Assembly (NCBI GenBank): GCA_964629685.1
Contig: CAZVTT010000001.1
Location: 705,319 to 769,318 of the forward strand
DNA length: 64,000 nt
Direction of reading: 5' to 3'
DNA from: an uncultured Gammaproteobacteria bacterium
GTDB lineage: Bacteria; Patescibacteriota; Microgenomatia; UBA10105; UBA927
Every line of letters starts with the position of its first letter. Position 1 is the first letter of the stretch. The translations under genes and the position numbers were made by a program. The notes beneath the pieces were generated by a model. The model did not search any database. It saw only the letters and a program-made list of their open reading frames with translations, and was not told the origin of the DNA. Of this stretch, positions 10,207-18,490 are shown piece after piece.

Positions 10207-10956
10207 CTACAATGATTCTTCCTGTATTTGTCGAAGTTTTAACGGACGACGCGGATGAGGAGGTTGCCAGGAAAGATTTGTTATCAGCATGTGCATGATT
10301 TTGTAGCCGTCCCGGATAGAATCTATTTTTGACATCCCTTTGCGTTGGTCGTAGGTAATCGGAACAGAATATATTTTGTATCCCAGCTTTACCATTTTGG
10401 TAATCATTTCCATTTCCACGGCAAATCCGTTGGCATTTATATGTGGTTTTAGTACGTCTACTACTTCTTTTTTCCAGGCAAAATACCCGCTTAACACATC
10501 CGTAATATTGGCTTTGTAAAACTGCCGTACCATAAAGGTAAACATCCAGTTAGCTACACGGTGCTGAAAGCTGAGTGCATTGGCGTTTAATTTTCCACCC
10601 AATCGTGAACCCACGATTACATCACAAAAGTTACTGGACAATGGTTCGATAAGACGCAGTATCTCACTGGGTTTGTATGTATGATCCCCATCCAACATCA
10701 CTACATATCCGGCATCTTTGCTTACGGCGTTAAACCCTGCGCGGAGTGCATGGCCTTTGCCTTTGTTCCGTTCATGAATTATTTTTACTCCGAATTCTTT
10801 GGCTACTGCGGCGGTTTTATCGGTAGAATTGTTATCGATTACGATTACTTCCGTTTCCAGGCCATATCCCAGCATTTCCGCACGAGGGATTTCGGCCAGA
10901 ACGTGGCCGATACCGTCTTCTTCATTATGGCAGGGGATTAGAATAGAAATTTTCAT
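10207..10956 (-). CDS. GT2 polyprenol-phosphate sugar synthase (DPM1/GtrB-like)
   Basis: 249 aa. MKISILIPCHNEEDGIGHVLAEIP...VIVIDNNSTDKTAAVA...VVMLDGDHTY is the classic DPM1-like pattern. Confidence 0.6.
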   Translation of the reverse strand: MKISILIPCHNEEDGIGHVLAEIPRAEMLGYGLETEVIVIDNNSTDKTAAVAKEFGVKIIHERNKGKGHALRAGFNAVSKDAGYVVMLDGDHTYKPSEILRLIEPLSSNFCDVIVGSRLGGKLNANALSFQHRVANWMFTFMVRQFYKANITDVLSGYFAWKKEVVDVLKPHINANGFAVEMEMITKMVKLGYKIYSVPITYDQRKGMSKIDSIRDGYKIMHMLITNLSWQPPHPRRPLKLRQIQEESL

Positions 10957-10957
10957 A

Positions 10958-11401
10958 TTATTCTACAAATGTCCAAAAGTGGATATTTTGTTGTTGATCA
11001 GGTAAACTCACCTCAATTTTAGTACGTCCACTTACGGAGCTAATCATCGGATTTGCGTCAATAGTTTTCATATCGTTATGTGCCAAACGGATAAATCCTT
11101 CATCGAGTAATAATTTTCCGGACGACGTTGTTTCTGCAGTGATTTGGTATTTGTACTCCATAACCTTATTTTCTAAATTATGCAAGGTAAACCGGAACGG
11201 TATTTGTTCGTTTTGATTGCTAGTCTGAGGGAGTTCCATATGTCTCTCAAAATAGAGTTCCGAAAACTTTTCTGGTTCTGGAAGAAGGTGATACGTATTA
11301 AGTATACTTTTAATACTATGGGTATTCGCAGAAAGAAGGACTACAGCAGATAGAAGAGTGAATAATGTTGCGGATAATATTGCAATATTTCTGGTACTCA
11401 T
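10958..11401 (-). CDS. Small signal-anchored protein of unknown function
   Basis: A hydrophobic N-terminus (MSTRNIAILSATLFTLLSAVVLLS) is followed by about 120 aa of soluble sequence. The start was set at the ATG at 11401. It lies downstream of an extended -10 element. Confidence 0.35.
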   Translation of the reverse strand: MSTRNIAILSATLFTLLSAVVLLSANTHSIKSILNTYHLLPEPEKFSELYFERHMELPQTSNQNEQIPFRFTLHNLENKVMEYKYQITAETTSSGKLLLDEGFIRLAHNDMKTIDANPMISSVSGRTKIEVSLPDQQQNIHFWTFVE

Positions 11402-11486
11402 AAGCGAAAACACCGATTATGTTCTTAATAAATACAATAAACAGAGTCGTAGAAAGAAGACACTGGTTATTACTATAAGATTATTT

Positions 11487-11495
11487 GTGTCGCTA
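11487..11495 (-). promoter_or_regulatory. Extended -10 element (TGgTATAAT) for the minus-strand operon that begins at 11401
   Basis: The reverse complement of 11487-11495 reads TGGTATAAT. It sits in a 125-nt gap between two minus-strand genes. Confidence 0.35.
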
Positions 11496-11539
11496 AATTA
11501 TACCAGTTTTGTGTAGAGAAAGAAATATAGACTACGTTT

Positions 11540-13081
11540 CTATTGTATCAGATCTTTAATCATCCCCTCGATGGTCCTATTGGTATCGAAGAGTATTCCC
11601 ACCACTGATTGTTCGGGGACAGCAATTTTCATCGAAAGCGTGGTGTTTGCCGTTAAACTTTTAGCACCAAGTAATGTAAAACCGTCTTGTATATTTGAAG
11701 CTACATACGCACGGGCACGGACGTATCCTTTATATGGAGGGTTATTAATATTAACTGTAACTTCTTTTGGCGAATATTCGTCATTCACCAGAATAATACC
11801 GGTTTCGTTTCTGCTGTTTTTAAAAGCTAGTTGTGCAGCTAGATCTTTACCAGTAGAAAGAAAAATTCTACTATCGCCATTACCCAAACCAAGTGTTTTG
11901 CTTAAGAGTATCCAGCTTTTTGACTGAGGCAATAGTGTGGCTTGGTCATTTGTCCAACGGTAAAATGCATATTTTTCCTGGTCTATATTCGAATTTTTTG
12001 CATTTACCGGTTCAATAACGTGATAACTCGTACCTTTTATGCCATTTGTAAGGTAGTAGATAAGCCTTTTGGAAGTAAACGGTATAGCTAAATACGTATT
12101 GGTGTTGGGACTTGGTCTTCCTATATTCGTAGCAAAACTCCATTCTGTTACAAAAACAGGTAGGTCCTGACGGCCTCGCGAAAGCAATGTTTTTTGAATA
12201 ATTGGTAAGGCATCGTCATTTACGCCATAGTAATGGTAACTTACGAAATCGATATTGTTGGCAGTTCTTGGATCGACCAGAATCGTTTGTAAAATAGTGT
12301 TATTTTTTACATTCGAAAGCGTGGGACCTCCGATGGGTATCCGTTTCCCGTCGTTCATTTCTGCATCTACTTCCCTGATTGCCGTGGAAGCATAGTAATA
12401 AATGTTCGCATATGCCTGTTCTTTGGACATCCCACTGTTTTTTAAATCCAGAAATCGGGGATGATCTGGTTCGTTCCAAATTTCTATGTAATCAATTTTA
12501 GGACGAAAGTATTTATACGCTTTTTTTACAATATCTTTATAAACATCCCAGTCTTTTGGTACGCCGAACGTGGTTCCTGAGTACGTTAACCAGCTCGGAG
12601 CATAGGAAACTATGGCTATAGTAGTTAGGTTTCTGGATCGGGCATTATCAAAAAATATTTCCCTGCTTGCGATATTCGCTTTATTCCAATTTGTAACGTC
12701 CTGAATTCCGTTTACGTTCGCTTTATATGATTCCAAGGTAGTGTCTTTATGAAAAAAATATTCGAGTAAAAAGTCTTTTCGTATGGCTGTAACGCCCGCC
12801 GCAGTAATTTTATTCCACGCATCCTGGTGTTCCGGAAGGGGGGCATGGGCGCCGCCAAATACCAGAGGAGAACCTGTGGAAATTTGTTGGGCATAGTCTG
12901 CGTTCACAGTTGCAGTGGTGCTGGTAATTCCCAGTACGTCCGAGGTTCTATATACAATAAACTTACCTGATCGATATACCTGCTTGTATTCAGATATACC
13001 CGAGCTGAGAATCCTACCAATGGATATTGAAGCAATAATTAAGAGTACGAAAAATATGATTTTGGGTGGATTCAATTTCAT
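11540..13081 (-). CDS. Membrane-anchored glycoside hydrolase, clan GH-A (GH5/GH39-like)
   Basis: 513 aa with an N-terminal TM anchor. IEIWNEPDHPRF looks like an NEP acid/base motif. PVFVTEWSFAT looks like a TE(W) nucleophile motif. Confidence 0.45.
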   Translation of the reverse strand: MKLNPPKIIFFVLLIIASISIGRILSSGISEYKQVYRSGKFIVYRTSDVLGITSTTATVNADYAQQISTGSPLVFGGAHAPLPEHQDAWNKITAAGVTAIRKDFLLEYFFHKDTTLESYKANVNGIQDVTNWNKANIASREIFFDNARSRNLTTIAIVSYAPSWLTYSGTTFGVPKDWDVYKDIVKKAYKYFRPKIDYIEIWNEPDHPRFLDLKNSGMSKEQAYANIYYYASTAIREVDAEMNDGKRIPIGGPTLSNVKNNTILQTILVDPRTANNIDFVSYHYYGVNDDALPIIQKTLLSRGRQDLPVFVTEWSFATNIGRPSPNTNTYLAIPFTSKRLIYYLTNGIKGTSYHVIEPVNAKNSNIDQEKYAFYRWTNDQATLLPQSKSWILLSKTLGLGNGDSRIFLSTGKDLAAQLAFKNSRNETGIILVNDEYSPKEVTVNINNPPYKGYVRARAYVASNIQDGFTLLGAKSLTANTTLSMKIAVPEQSVVGILFDTNRTIEGMIKDLIQ

Positions 13082-13332
13082 TCTGAATTAGTTTTTGTAT
13101 TCTACACTATATATTTAGAATAAAACCAACAATTACTGTATCTTTGTACAATCCTTACACAATTCTTACAAGAGTGTATTACACTAAATATAGTGACCGC
13201 CCTATTATGGGATCAATTGAGTCATTCGTGAGGGATGGCTCTATCAGATAGGTCAAACGTCCCGCCAAGCGGGGCGAAATTATATTCATACATTTTTCTG
13301 GACCTGCTCCTTCATAAAAGAAAAAATACTAC

Positions 13333-13437
13333 GGTACAACCCTTTGGTACCTATACATAGGTATAAATAGATATATTTAGTACTAGTTAGGTATACATAT
13401 CTATACACTGCATGCTTCTATTGGGTACAACCATACC
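13333..13437. promoter_or_regulatory. Cluster of operator-like repeats just upstream of the plus-strand promoter
   Basis: There are two direct repeats: AGGTATAAATAGATATA (13359-13375) and AGGTATACATATCTATA (13389-13405). They match at 14 of 17 positions and are spaced 30 bp apart. They are flanked by two inverted repeats: GGTACAACC-N-GGTACC (13333-13351) and GGGTACAACCATACCC (13423-13437). Confidence 0.4.
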
Positions 13438-13443
13438 CCTGCG

Positions 13444-13472
13444 TTGACAGGATATGTGAGGAATGATACAAT
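13444..13472 (+). promoter_or_regulatory. Sigma70-type promoter: -35 TTGACA, 17-nt spacer, extended -10 TGaTACAAT
   Basis: TTGACA occupies 13444-13449. TGATACAAT occupies 13464-13472. The spacer is exactly 17 nt. It lies immediately upstream of the HTH gene and the large plus-strand operon. Confidence 0.55.
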
Positions 13473-13509
13473 GCCGGCCTATAAGTTTCGTTCTTATCTC
13501 GGTATTCTC

Positions 13510-13695
13510 ATGAGCTCAGACCAAGATCAACAATTTCTCACCGTAAAGGAAATAGCCAGATTTTTGAAGCTAAATCCGCTTACGATCTACGATTATATTC
13601 ACCTCAAACGCCTTCCGGCCGTTAAGTTTGGCCGCTACTATAGGGTAAGCAAATACGATTTACACAAGTTTATACAGAGTCAAAAAGTACGCTAA
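13510..13695 (+). CDS. Small helix-turn-helix DNA-binding protein (excisionase/MerR-type, HTH_17-like); a putative regulator
   Basis: LTVKEIARFLKLNPLTIYDYIHLKRLPAVKFGRYYRVSKYDLHKFI fits the excisionase-family HTH. The ATG at 13510 was chosen as start. The track ORF begins at a TTG (13444) that is actually the -35 hexamer. Confidence 0.5.
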   Translation: MSSDQDQQFLTVKEIARFLKLNPLTIYDYIHLKRLPAVKFGRYYRVSKYDLHKFIQSQKVR

Positions 13696-13697
13696 CC

Positions 13698-15992
13698 ATG
13701 AAAAAACCGACACTTTCCATTGTCATACCGGTATATAACGAAGAAGGGAACGTTAAACTTCTGCTGGAACGGATTAGCATGGCTATGAAGTCGGCAGGAA
13801 TAAAATACGAAGTCGTATTCATAGACGACCATTCTACCGATAAGACCGTAGAGATAATTAAATCCCTTTCTACCTCGTATCCGTTATCGCTCCTGAAAAA
13901 GAAAAAAGGTATGGCCCGCGGTAAAGCCAGCTCACTTCTGGCCGGATTTGCCTTTGCGAAAGCCGACGTTATTACCATGATCGATGCGGATTTGCAGTAT
14001 CCGCCCGAGGCTATTATTCCCATGTTTGAGAAAATCCTGCATGGAGCAGGGGTCGTAATCGCCAACCGCAAAAAACGTAAAACGGGATTTATCCGACAGG
14101 CAGCCAGCTTATCGTACCGCTACGTATTCGGAAACATCCTTTTGGGTTTTAAACATGACGTGCAGTCGGGGTTAAAAGTATTCCGCAAAGAAATAATCGA
14201 GCGGGTAGCTATAGCACCCAGCCAATGGATGTTTGACCTGGAATTTCTGGTCTTTGCCCGGGATGCGGGATACATTATTGAATCCCATGACATAGAATTT
14301 GCCCCGCGGCACACCGGTGCGGCCAAGATTAACGTGGTGACAGCTGCCGTAGAAATGGCACTCGCAGCAGTACAATTACGCGTCCGGAAAGACAATATTA
14401 TTCCGTTTCACGCTGAAACCAAAGAAAAACACGGAAACGGTTTCCATTTTAAAGGTCTGCCGTTCGTGAGTTATTCCGGCCTAAAACACTACGAAACTGC
14501 TTTTTTCCGGCTTTCTATCCGCCAAACCCTCTGGATTATCGGATTTTTGCTTATTTTAGCCGGAGCACTCATGATTTCGTGGCATGCGACCCTCGTCGGA
14601 CTCGTGGCACTGTTAACCGTGCTGTACTTTGTGGACATGGTGTTTAACTTTTCCCTTGTTCTCCGCAGCGTATCAAAAGATCGTGAGCTCATGATCGACG
14701 ATGAAGATACCAAAATTGCACCTGTTGGCGGTTGGCCGAAATACACTATTTTCTGCCCGCTTTATAAAGAATGGCAGGTTATTCCGCAGTTCGTCCGGGC
14801 TATGAGCCAACTGGATTATCCCAAAGACAAACTGCAGGTTATGCTCTTACTAGAAGAAGACGATACCGCCTCGGTAGAAAAAGTCGCCGAAATGGAATTA
14901 CCAAGCTACTTTACCGTGAAGGTTATTCCGCATAACAAGCCCAAAACGAAGCCCAAAGCGCTCAATTTCGGCTTACGCTATGCGACAGGGGAATATTCGG
15001 TCATTTATGATGCGGAAGACATTCCGGACCCGCTGCAGCTGAAAAAAGCCGTTCTGGCCTTTAAACGGTCTCCGTCTACGGTAAAGTGTATTCAGGCCAA
15101 GCTCAATTTCTATAATCCGCGTCAGAATTTACTGACTCGGATGTTTACCACGGAATATTCTTTGTGGTTCGACTTGGTGTTACCCGGATTACAGTCCATA
15201 GAAGCTCCTATTCCATTGGGAGGCACCTCCAATCACTTCCGCGTGTCGGATTTGCATATTCTGGGGGGCTGGGATGCCTTTAACGTGACCGAAGACTGTG
15301 ATTTGGGTATCAGGCTAGCCAAACGGGGATACCATACCGCCATCGTCAACTCAACCACTATGGAAGAAGCCAACAGTTCACTCTTGAACTGGTACGGTCA
15401 GCGTAGTCGGTGGATAAAGGGCTACATTCAGACATATATGGTTCACATGCGGGATCTGAGCCAGTTTTCGTTCTCCCGGGATAATCCTAACGGTTTTACC
15501 TTTCAGATGGTGGTGGGTGGCAAGATTTTGTCTTTGTTCATTAATCCGTTTATGTGGCTGATTACCATTAGCTACTTTTCGTTTAGGGCCACACTCGGAC
15601 CGATTATCGAAACATTCTATCCATTACCCGTGTTGTACATGGGTGTATTTTCCCTGGTATTCGGAAATTTCCTTTATATGTATTCATACATGATCGGCTG
15701 TTTCCGCCGGGAAGAATACGGACTGGTAAAGTTTGCCCTCATAACGCCATTGTACTGGCTGGCTATGAGCGCGGCAGCCTGGAAAGCCGTATGGGAAATA
15801 GTGTTTAACCCGCATTACTGGCACAAAACTACGCATGGGCTACATTTGGCTAAACAGCCTGAAGCTGCCGGTGCACATCGGTTCGGAATTGTGCAAAAGG
15901 TAAAAAAACATTTAGCCGCGCGTCGACAAAAAGCCAGACATTCACAGATCCTGCCACCGTATCGGAATATAGTCCATCCGAACGTTTCATAA
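13698..15992 (+). CDS. Two-domain GT2 fusion: an N-terminal DPM1/GtrB-like polyprenol-phosphate sugar synthase and a C-terminal processive beta-glycan synthase-like GT2 (PgaC/NodC/cellulose-synthase type), with multiple TM helices
   Basis: The N-terminal domain reads MKKPTLSIVIPVYNEEGNV...FIDDHSTDKT...MIDADLQYPP. A TM hairpin follows. The second domain carries DAED, TEDCDLG and the GQRSRWIKGY (QxxRW) motif. C-terminal TM helices follow that. Confidence 0.65.
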   Translation: MKKPTLSIVIPVYNEEGNVKLLLERISMAMKSAGIKYEVVFIDDHSTDKTVEIIKSLSTSYPLSLLKKKKGMARGKASSLLAGFAFAKADVITMIDADLQYPPEAIIPMFEKILHGAGVVIANRKKRKTGFIRQAASLSYRYVFGNILLGFKHDVQSGLKVFRKEIIERVAIAPSQWMFDLEFLVFARDAGYIIESHDIEFAPRHTGAAKINVVTAAVEMALAAVQLRVRKDNIIPFHAETKEKHGNGFHFKGLPFVSYSGLKHYETAFFRLSIRQTLWIIGFLLILAGALMISWHATLVGLVALLTVLYFVDMVFNFSLVLRSVSKDRELMIDDEDTKIAPVGGWPKYTIFCPLYKEWQVIPQFVRAMSQLDYPKDKLQVMLLLEEDDTASVEKVAEMELPSYFTVKVIPHNKPKTKPKALNFGLRYATGEYSVIYDAEDIPDPLQLKKAVLAFKRSPSTVKCIQAKLNFYNPRQNLLTRMFTTEYSLWFDLVLPGLQSIEAPIPLGGTSNHFRVSDLHILGGWDAFNVTEDCDLGIRLAKRGYHTAIVNSTTMEEANSSLLNWYGQRSRWIKGYIQTYMVHMRDLSQFSFSRDNPNGFTFQMVVGGKILSLFINPFMWLITISYFSFRATLGPIIETFYPLPVLYMGVFSLVFGNFLYMYSYMIGCFRREEYGLVKFALITPLYWLAMSAAAWKAVWEIVFNPHYWHKTTHGLHLAKQPEAAGAHRFGIVQKVKKHLAARRQKARHSQILPPYRNIVHPNVS

Positions 15993-15995
15993 CGT

Positions 15996-18488
15996 ATGTG
16001 GCAGATCAGATCGTTCGTACTATCCGGGCGCAAGCAGTTGTCTGCCAGTATAAAAACGGGCGGCGCATTTATTGCTGCCTCCATGATCGCCAATGTCGTG
16101 AACTTCCTCTACAGCGCATATCTGGGGCGTATTAGCGGATTTGAAGAGTTTGGACTTATCAGCTTGATTGCCAGCTTTCTGAATCTTTCGCAAATTCCGC
16201 TGCAGGCGTATTCCAGCACTATTTCCCACCGCACTTCGTATCTGTTCGGAAAATACGGAACACCGGCCAAGCCGTTTTGGGCTCATTTTCGGGGAGGAGC
16301 ATTAAAGCCGGCGTTACTGCTCAGTGGTGCCTGGCTGGTACTTATTCCGTTTATGGCGGCATTCTTTCAGACGGACAGATTGTTGCCGTTCTTACTGTTT
16401 ACTCCTATCTGGAGCGTAGGGGTAGCTGCTGCCGTAGATTCCGGCTTTTTGAGCGGGTCCATGCGGTTTAATACGCTGGCGGCCATGATGCTCTCCGAAG
16501 TTTCAGTGAAGTTTGCGGTAACAGTACTTATGGTGCTGATAGGCCTACCGCAATATGTGTATGTTGCGATTCCCGCCGGGATCATAACGTCGTACGTTAT
16601 CGGATGGCTCGTAGCGCGGGGGATTGTAACCAAACATATAGCACACGCGGATTTTCATTCTACCGTGTTGCCACGACGGTTTTATGCGTCATCCTTTTTA
16701 AGCAAGGTTTCCTTGGTAGCGTTTTTAACCATGGATGCCATGCTGGCCAAACATTATTTGCCGCCGAAAGAAGCGGGGCAGTATGCACTCCTTTCCCTGG
16801 TGGGAAAAATGGTATTTTTTATGGGAACATTATTTACTCAGTTCCTCACACCCCTGATCAGCAAGCATGAAGGTGCAGGCAGGAATTCGACTAAAATTTT
16901 TTGGGTAATATTACTACTCACCACTGCTGCAGTGTTGGGCGGCGTTACTACCGTCGGCGTATTCGGATATATTACTATTCCGTTCCTGTTGGGACCCAAA
17001 GCCTGGGACATTGTGGCGTATTTGCCCACATATACATTTGCCATGGGTTGTATGGCGATTGCCATGGGTTTTGTTTCGTACCATCAGTCACGACGGGTAC
17101 ACTTGTTCGCGGTTGCCAGCTTCGGCATGTCGCTGATCATGCTTACGGGCATAGTGCTGTGGCACGGATCGGTAGAAGAAATAGCCAAGGTGCTCACGGT
17201 GAGCGGAATTATTTTTCTGATGGTAACCATGTTTCTGCATCGGTTCCATGAGGCGGTTTCCACCGTAATCCGGAATATCCGTGATTTTTTGGAGCTGTTT
17301 CTGGACGATAAGCAAAAACGGGAGGGCATGCCTAATTCCCTCCGGATACTGATATTTAATTGGCGAGATACCCAACATGTTTGGGCTGGAGGAGCCGAGG
17401 AATATATTCATCAGCTCAGCAAACGGTGGGTAAAGGATGGACACAGCGTAACCGTTTTTTGCGGAAATGATCAGAAACACGCCCGGAATGAAGTAATAGA
17501 TGGTGTGCAGATGGTCCGGCGCGGGGGCTTTTACATGGTATATCTGTGGGCGGCACTGTATTATATTTTTCGCTTTCGTGGACAATTTGACGTCATCGTA
17601 GATGCCGAGAACGGAATTCCATTTTTTACCCCGCTTTTCGTGCGCAAACCCACTATATTACTTATTCATCATGTTCATCAGGACGTTTTCCGGGATCAAT
17701 TATGGTTACCGCTCGCCATGCTGGCTACATTCCTGGAAACAAAACTTATGCCCATGCTGTACCGGAATGTCCCGGTCGTAACCGTATCCGAATCATCCAA
17801 AAAAGAAATTCTGCGGGTAGGATTTGGTGTAGCCAATACGGTAACTATTGTGTATCCGGGAATAGAGCCTGAACTGTATAAAACCGTCCGCAAAACTGCG
17901 CATCCGTCAGTGCTATATCTGGGACGATTACGGCCGTACAAACAAGTAGATGTGCTTATCCGGGCATTTGCCAAAGCGCTTTCCGCTCATCCGGAAATGA
18001 AGCTGACGATAGCCGGGGAAGGCGTAAGTTTGAAAGAACTGGAAACACTTGCGAATTCGCTCAATATTTCCCACGCGGTGCAATTTACCGGCCGGGTTTC
18101 GGAACGGGAAAAAGTGGCGTTGCTTGGATCGCACTGGGTTATGGTACAGCCGTCTTCCATAGAAGGATGGGGTATTACCGTGATAGAAGCAAACGCCTGC
18201 GGTACGCCGGTGATTGCGTCTGACGTACACGGATTACGGGATTCGGTCGTAGACGAAAAGACCGGACTATTGGTGCATCCGGGAGACCATCAGAGTCTGG
18301 CTGCTGCCGTATCGTATGTGATTACCCATCATGAAGACCGGAAACAAATGACCGCTGCCGCTCTCGATTGGTCTAAATCATTTGATTGGGATCAAAGTGC
18401 CGCCGTATTTTTACAGGTTCTTAAACGCAGTATTACCGGACATAGAAAAACAATTTCCGGCAGACCAATTACGACTATTGCCCGATAA
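15996..18488 (+). CDS. Wzx-like (MOP superfamily) flippase fused to a C-terminal GT4 glycosyltransferase
   Basis: The first 430 aa or so are polytopic with flippase-like topology. The C-terminal region reads LRILIFNWRDTQHVWAGGAEEYIHQL...VQPSSIEGWGITVIEANACGTPVIASDVHGLRDSVVDEKTGLLV, which is the GT4 EX7E region. Confidence 0.6.
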   Translation: MWQIRSFVLSGRKQLSASIKTGGAFIAASMIANVVNFLYSAYLGRISGFEEFGLISLIASFLNLSQIPLQAYSSTISHRTSYLFGKYGTPAKPFWAHFRGGALKPALLLSGAWLVLIPFMAAFFQTDRLLPFLLFTPIWSVGVAAAVDSGFLSGSMRFNTLAAMMLSEVSVKFAVTVLMVLIGLPQYVYVAIPAGIITSYVIGWLVARGIVTKHIAHADFHSTVLPRRFYASSFLSKVSLVAFLTMDAMLAKHYLPPKEAGQYALLSLVGKMVFFMGTLFTQFLTPLISKHEGAGRNSTKIFWVILLLTTAAVLGGVTTVGVFGYITIPFLLGPKAWDIVAYLPTYTFAMGCMAIAMGFVSYHQSRRVHLFAVASFGMSLIMLTGIVLWHGSVEEIAKVLTVSGIIFLMVTMFLHRFHEAVSTVIRNIRDFLELFLDDKQKREGMPNSLRILIFNWRDTQHVWAGGAEEYIHQLSKRWVKDGHSVTVFCGNDQKHARNEVIDGVQMVRRGGFYMVYLWAALYYIFRFRGQFDVIVDAENGIPFFTPLFVRKPTILLIHHVHQDVFRDQLWLPLAMLATFLETKLMPMLYRNVPVVTVSESSKKEILRVGFGVANTVTIVYPGIEPELYKTVRKTAHPSVLYLGRLRPYKQVDVLIRAFAKALSAHPEMKLTIAGEGVSLKELETLANSLNISHAVQFTGRVSEREKVALLGSHWVMVQPSSIEGWGITVIEANACGTPVIASDVHGLRDSVVDEKTGLLVHPGDHQSLAAAVSYVITHHEDRKQMTAAALDWSKSFDWDQSAAVFLQVLKRSITGHRKTISGRPITTIAR

Positions 18489-18490
18489 AT

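Noticed and set aside
13257-13276. A short GC hairpin (CCCGC-caa-GCGGG) in the divergent intergenic region, as a possible terminator
   Set aside because: No gene ends upstream of it on either strand, and no U-tract follows. It is probably incidental, or a minor regulatory structure.
13082-13443. A search for a tRNA or attachment site next to the excisionase-like HTH gene (mobile-element hypothesis)
   Set aside because: No tRNA-like cloverleaf was visible. No integrase or transposase is present. There are no flanking direct repeats of appreciable length. The HTH protein is more simply read as a local regulator.
13444-13509. The ORF-track start (TTG at 13444) for the HTH gene, and an ATG at 13471 (MPAYK...)
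   Set aside because: The TTG is the -35 hexamer TTGACA. The ATG at 13471 lies inside the -10 element. Transcription would start near 13479, so the first usable start is the ATG at 13510.
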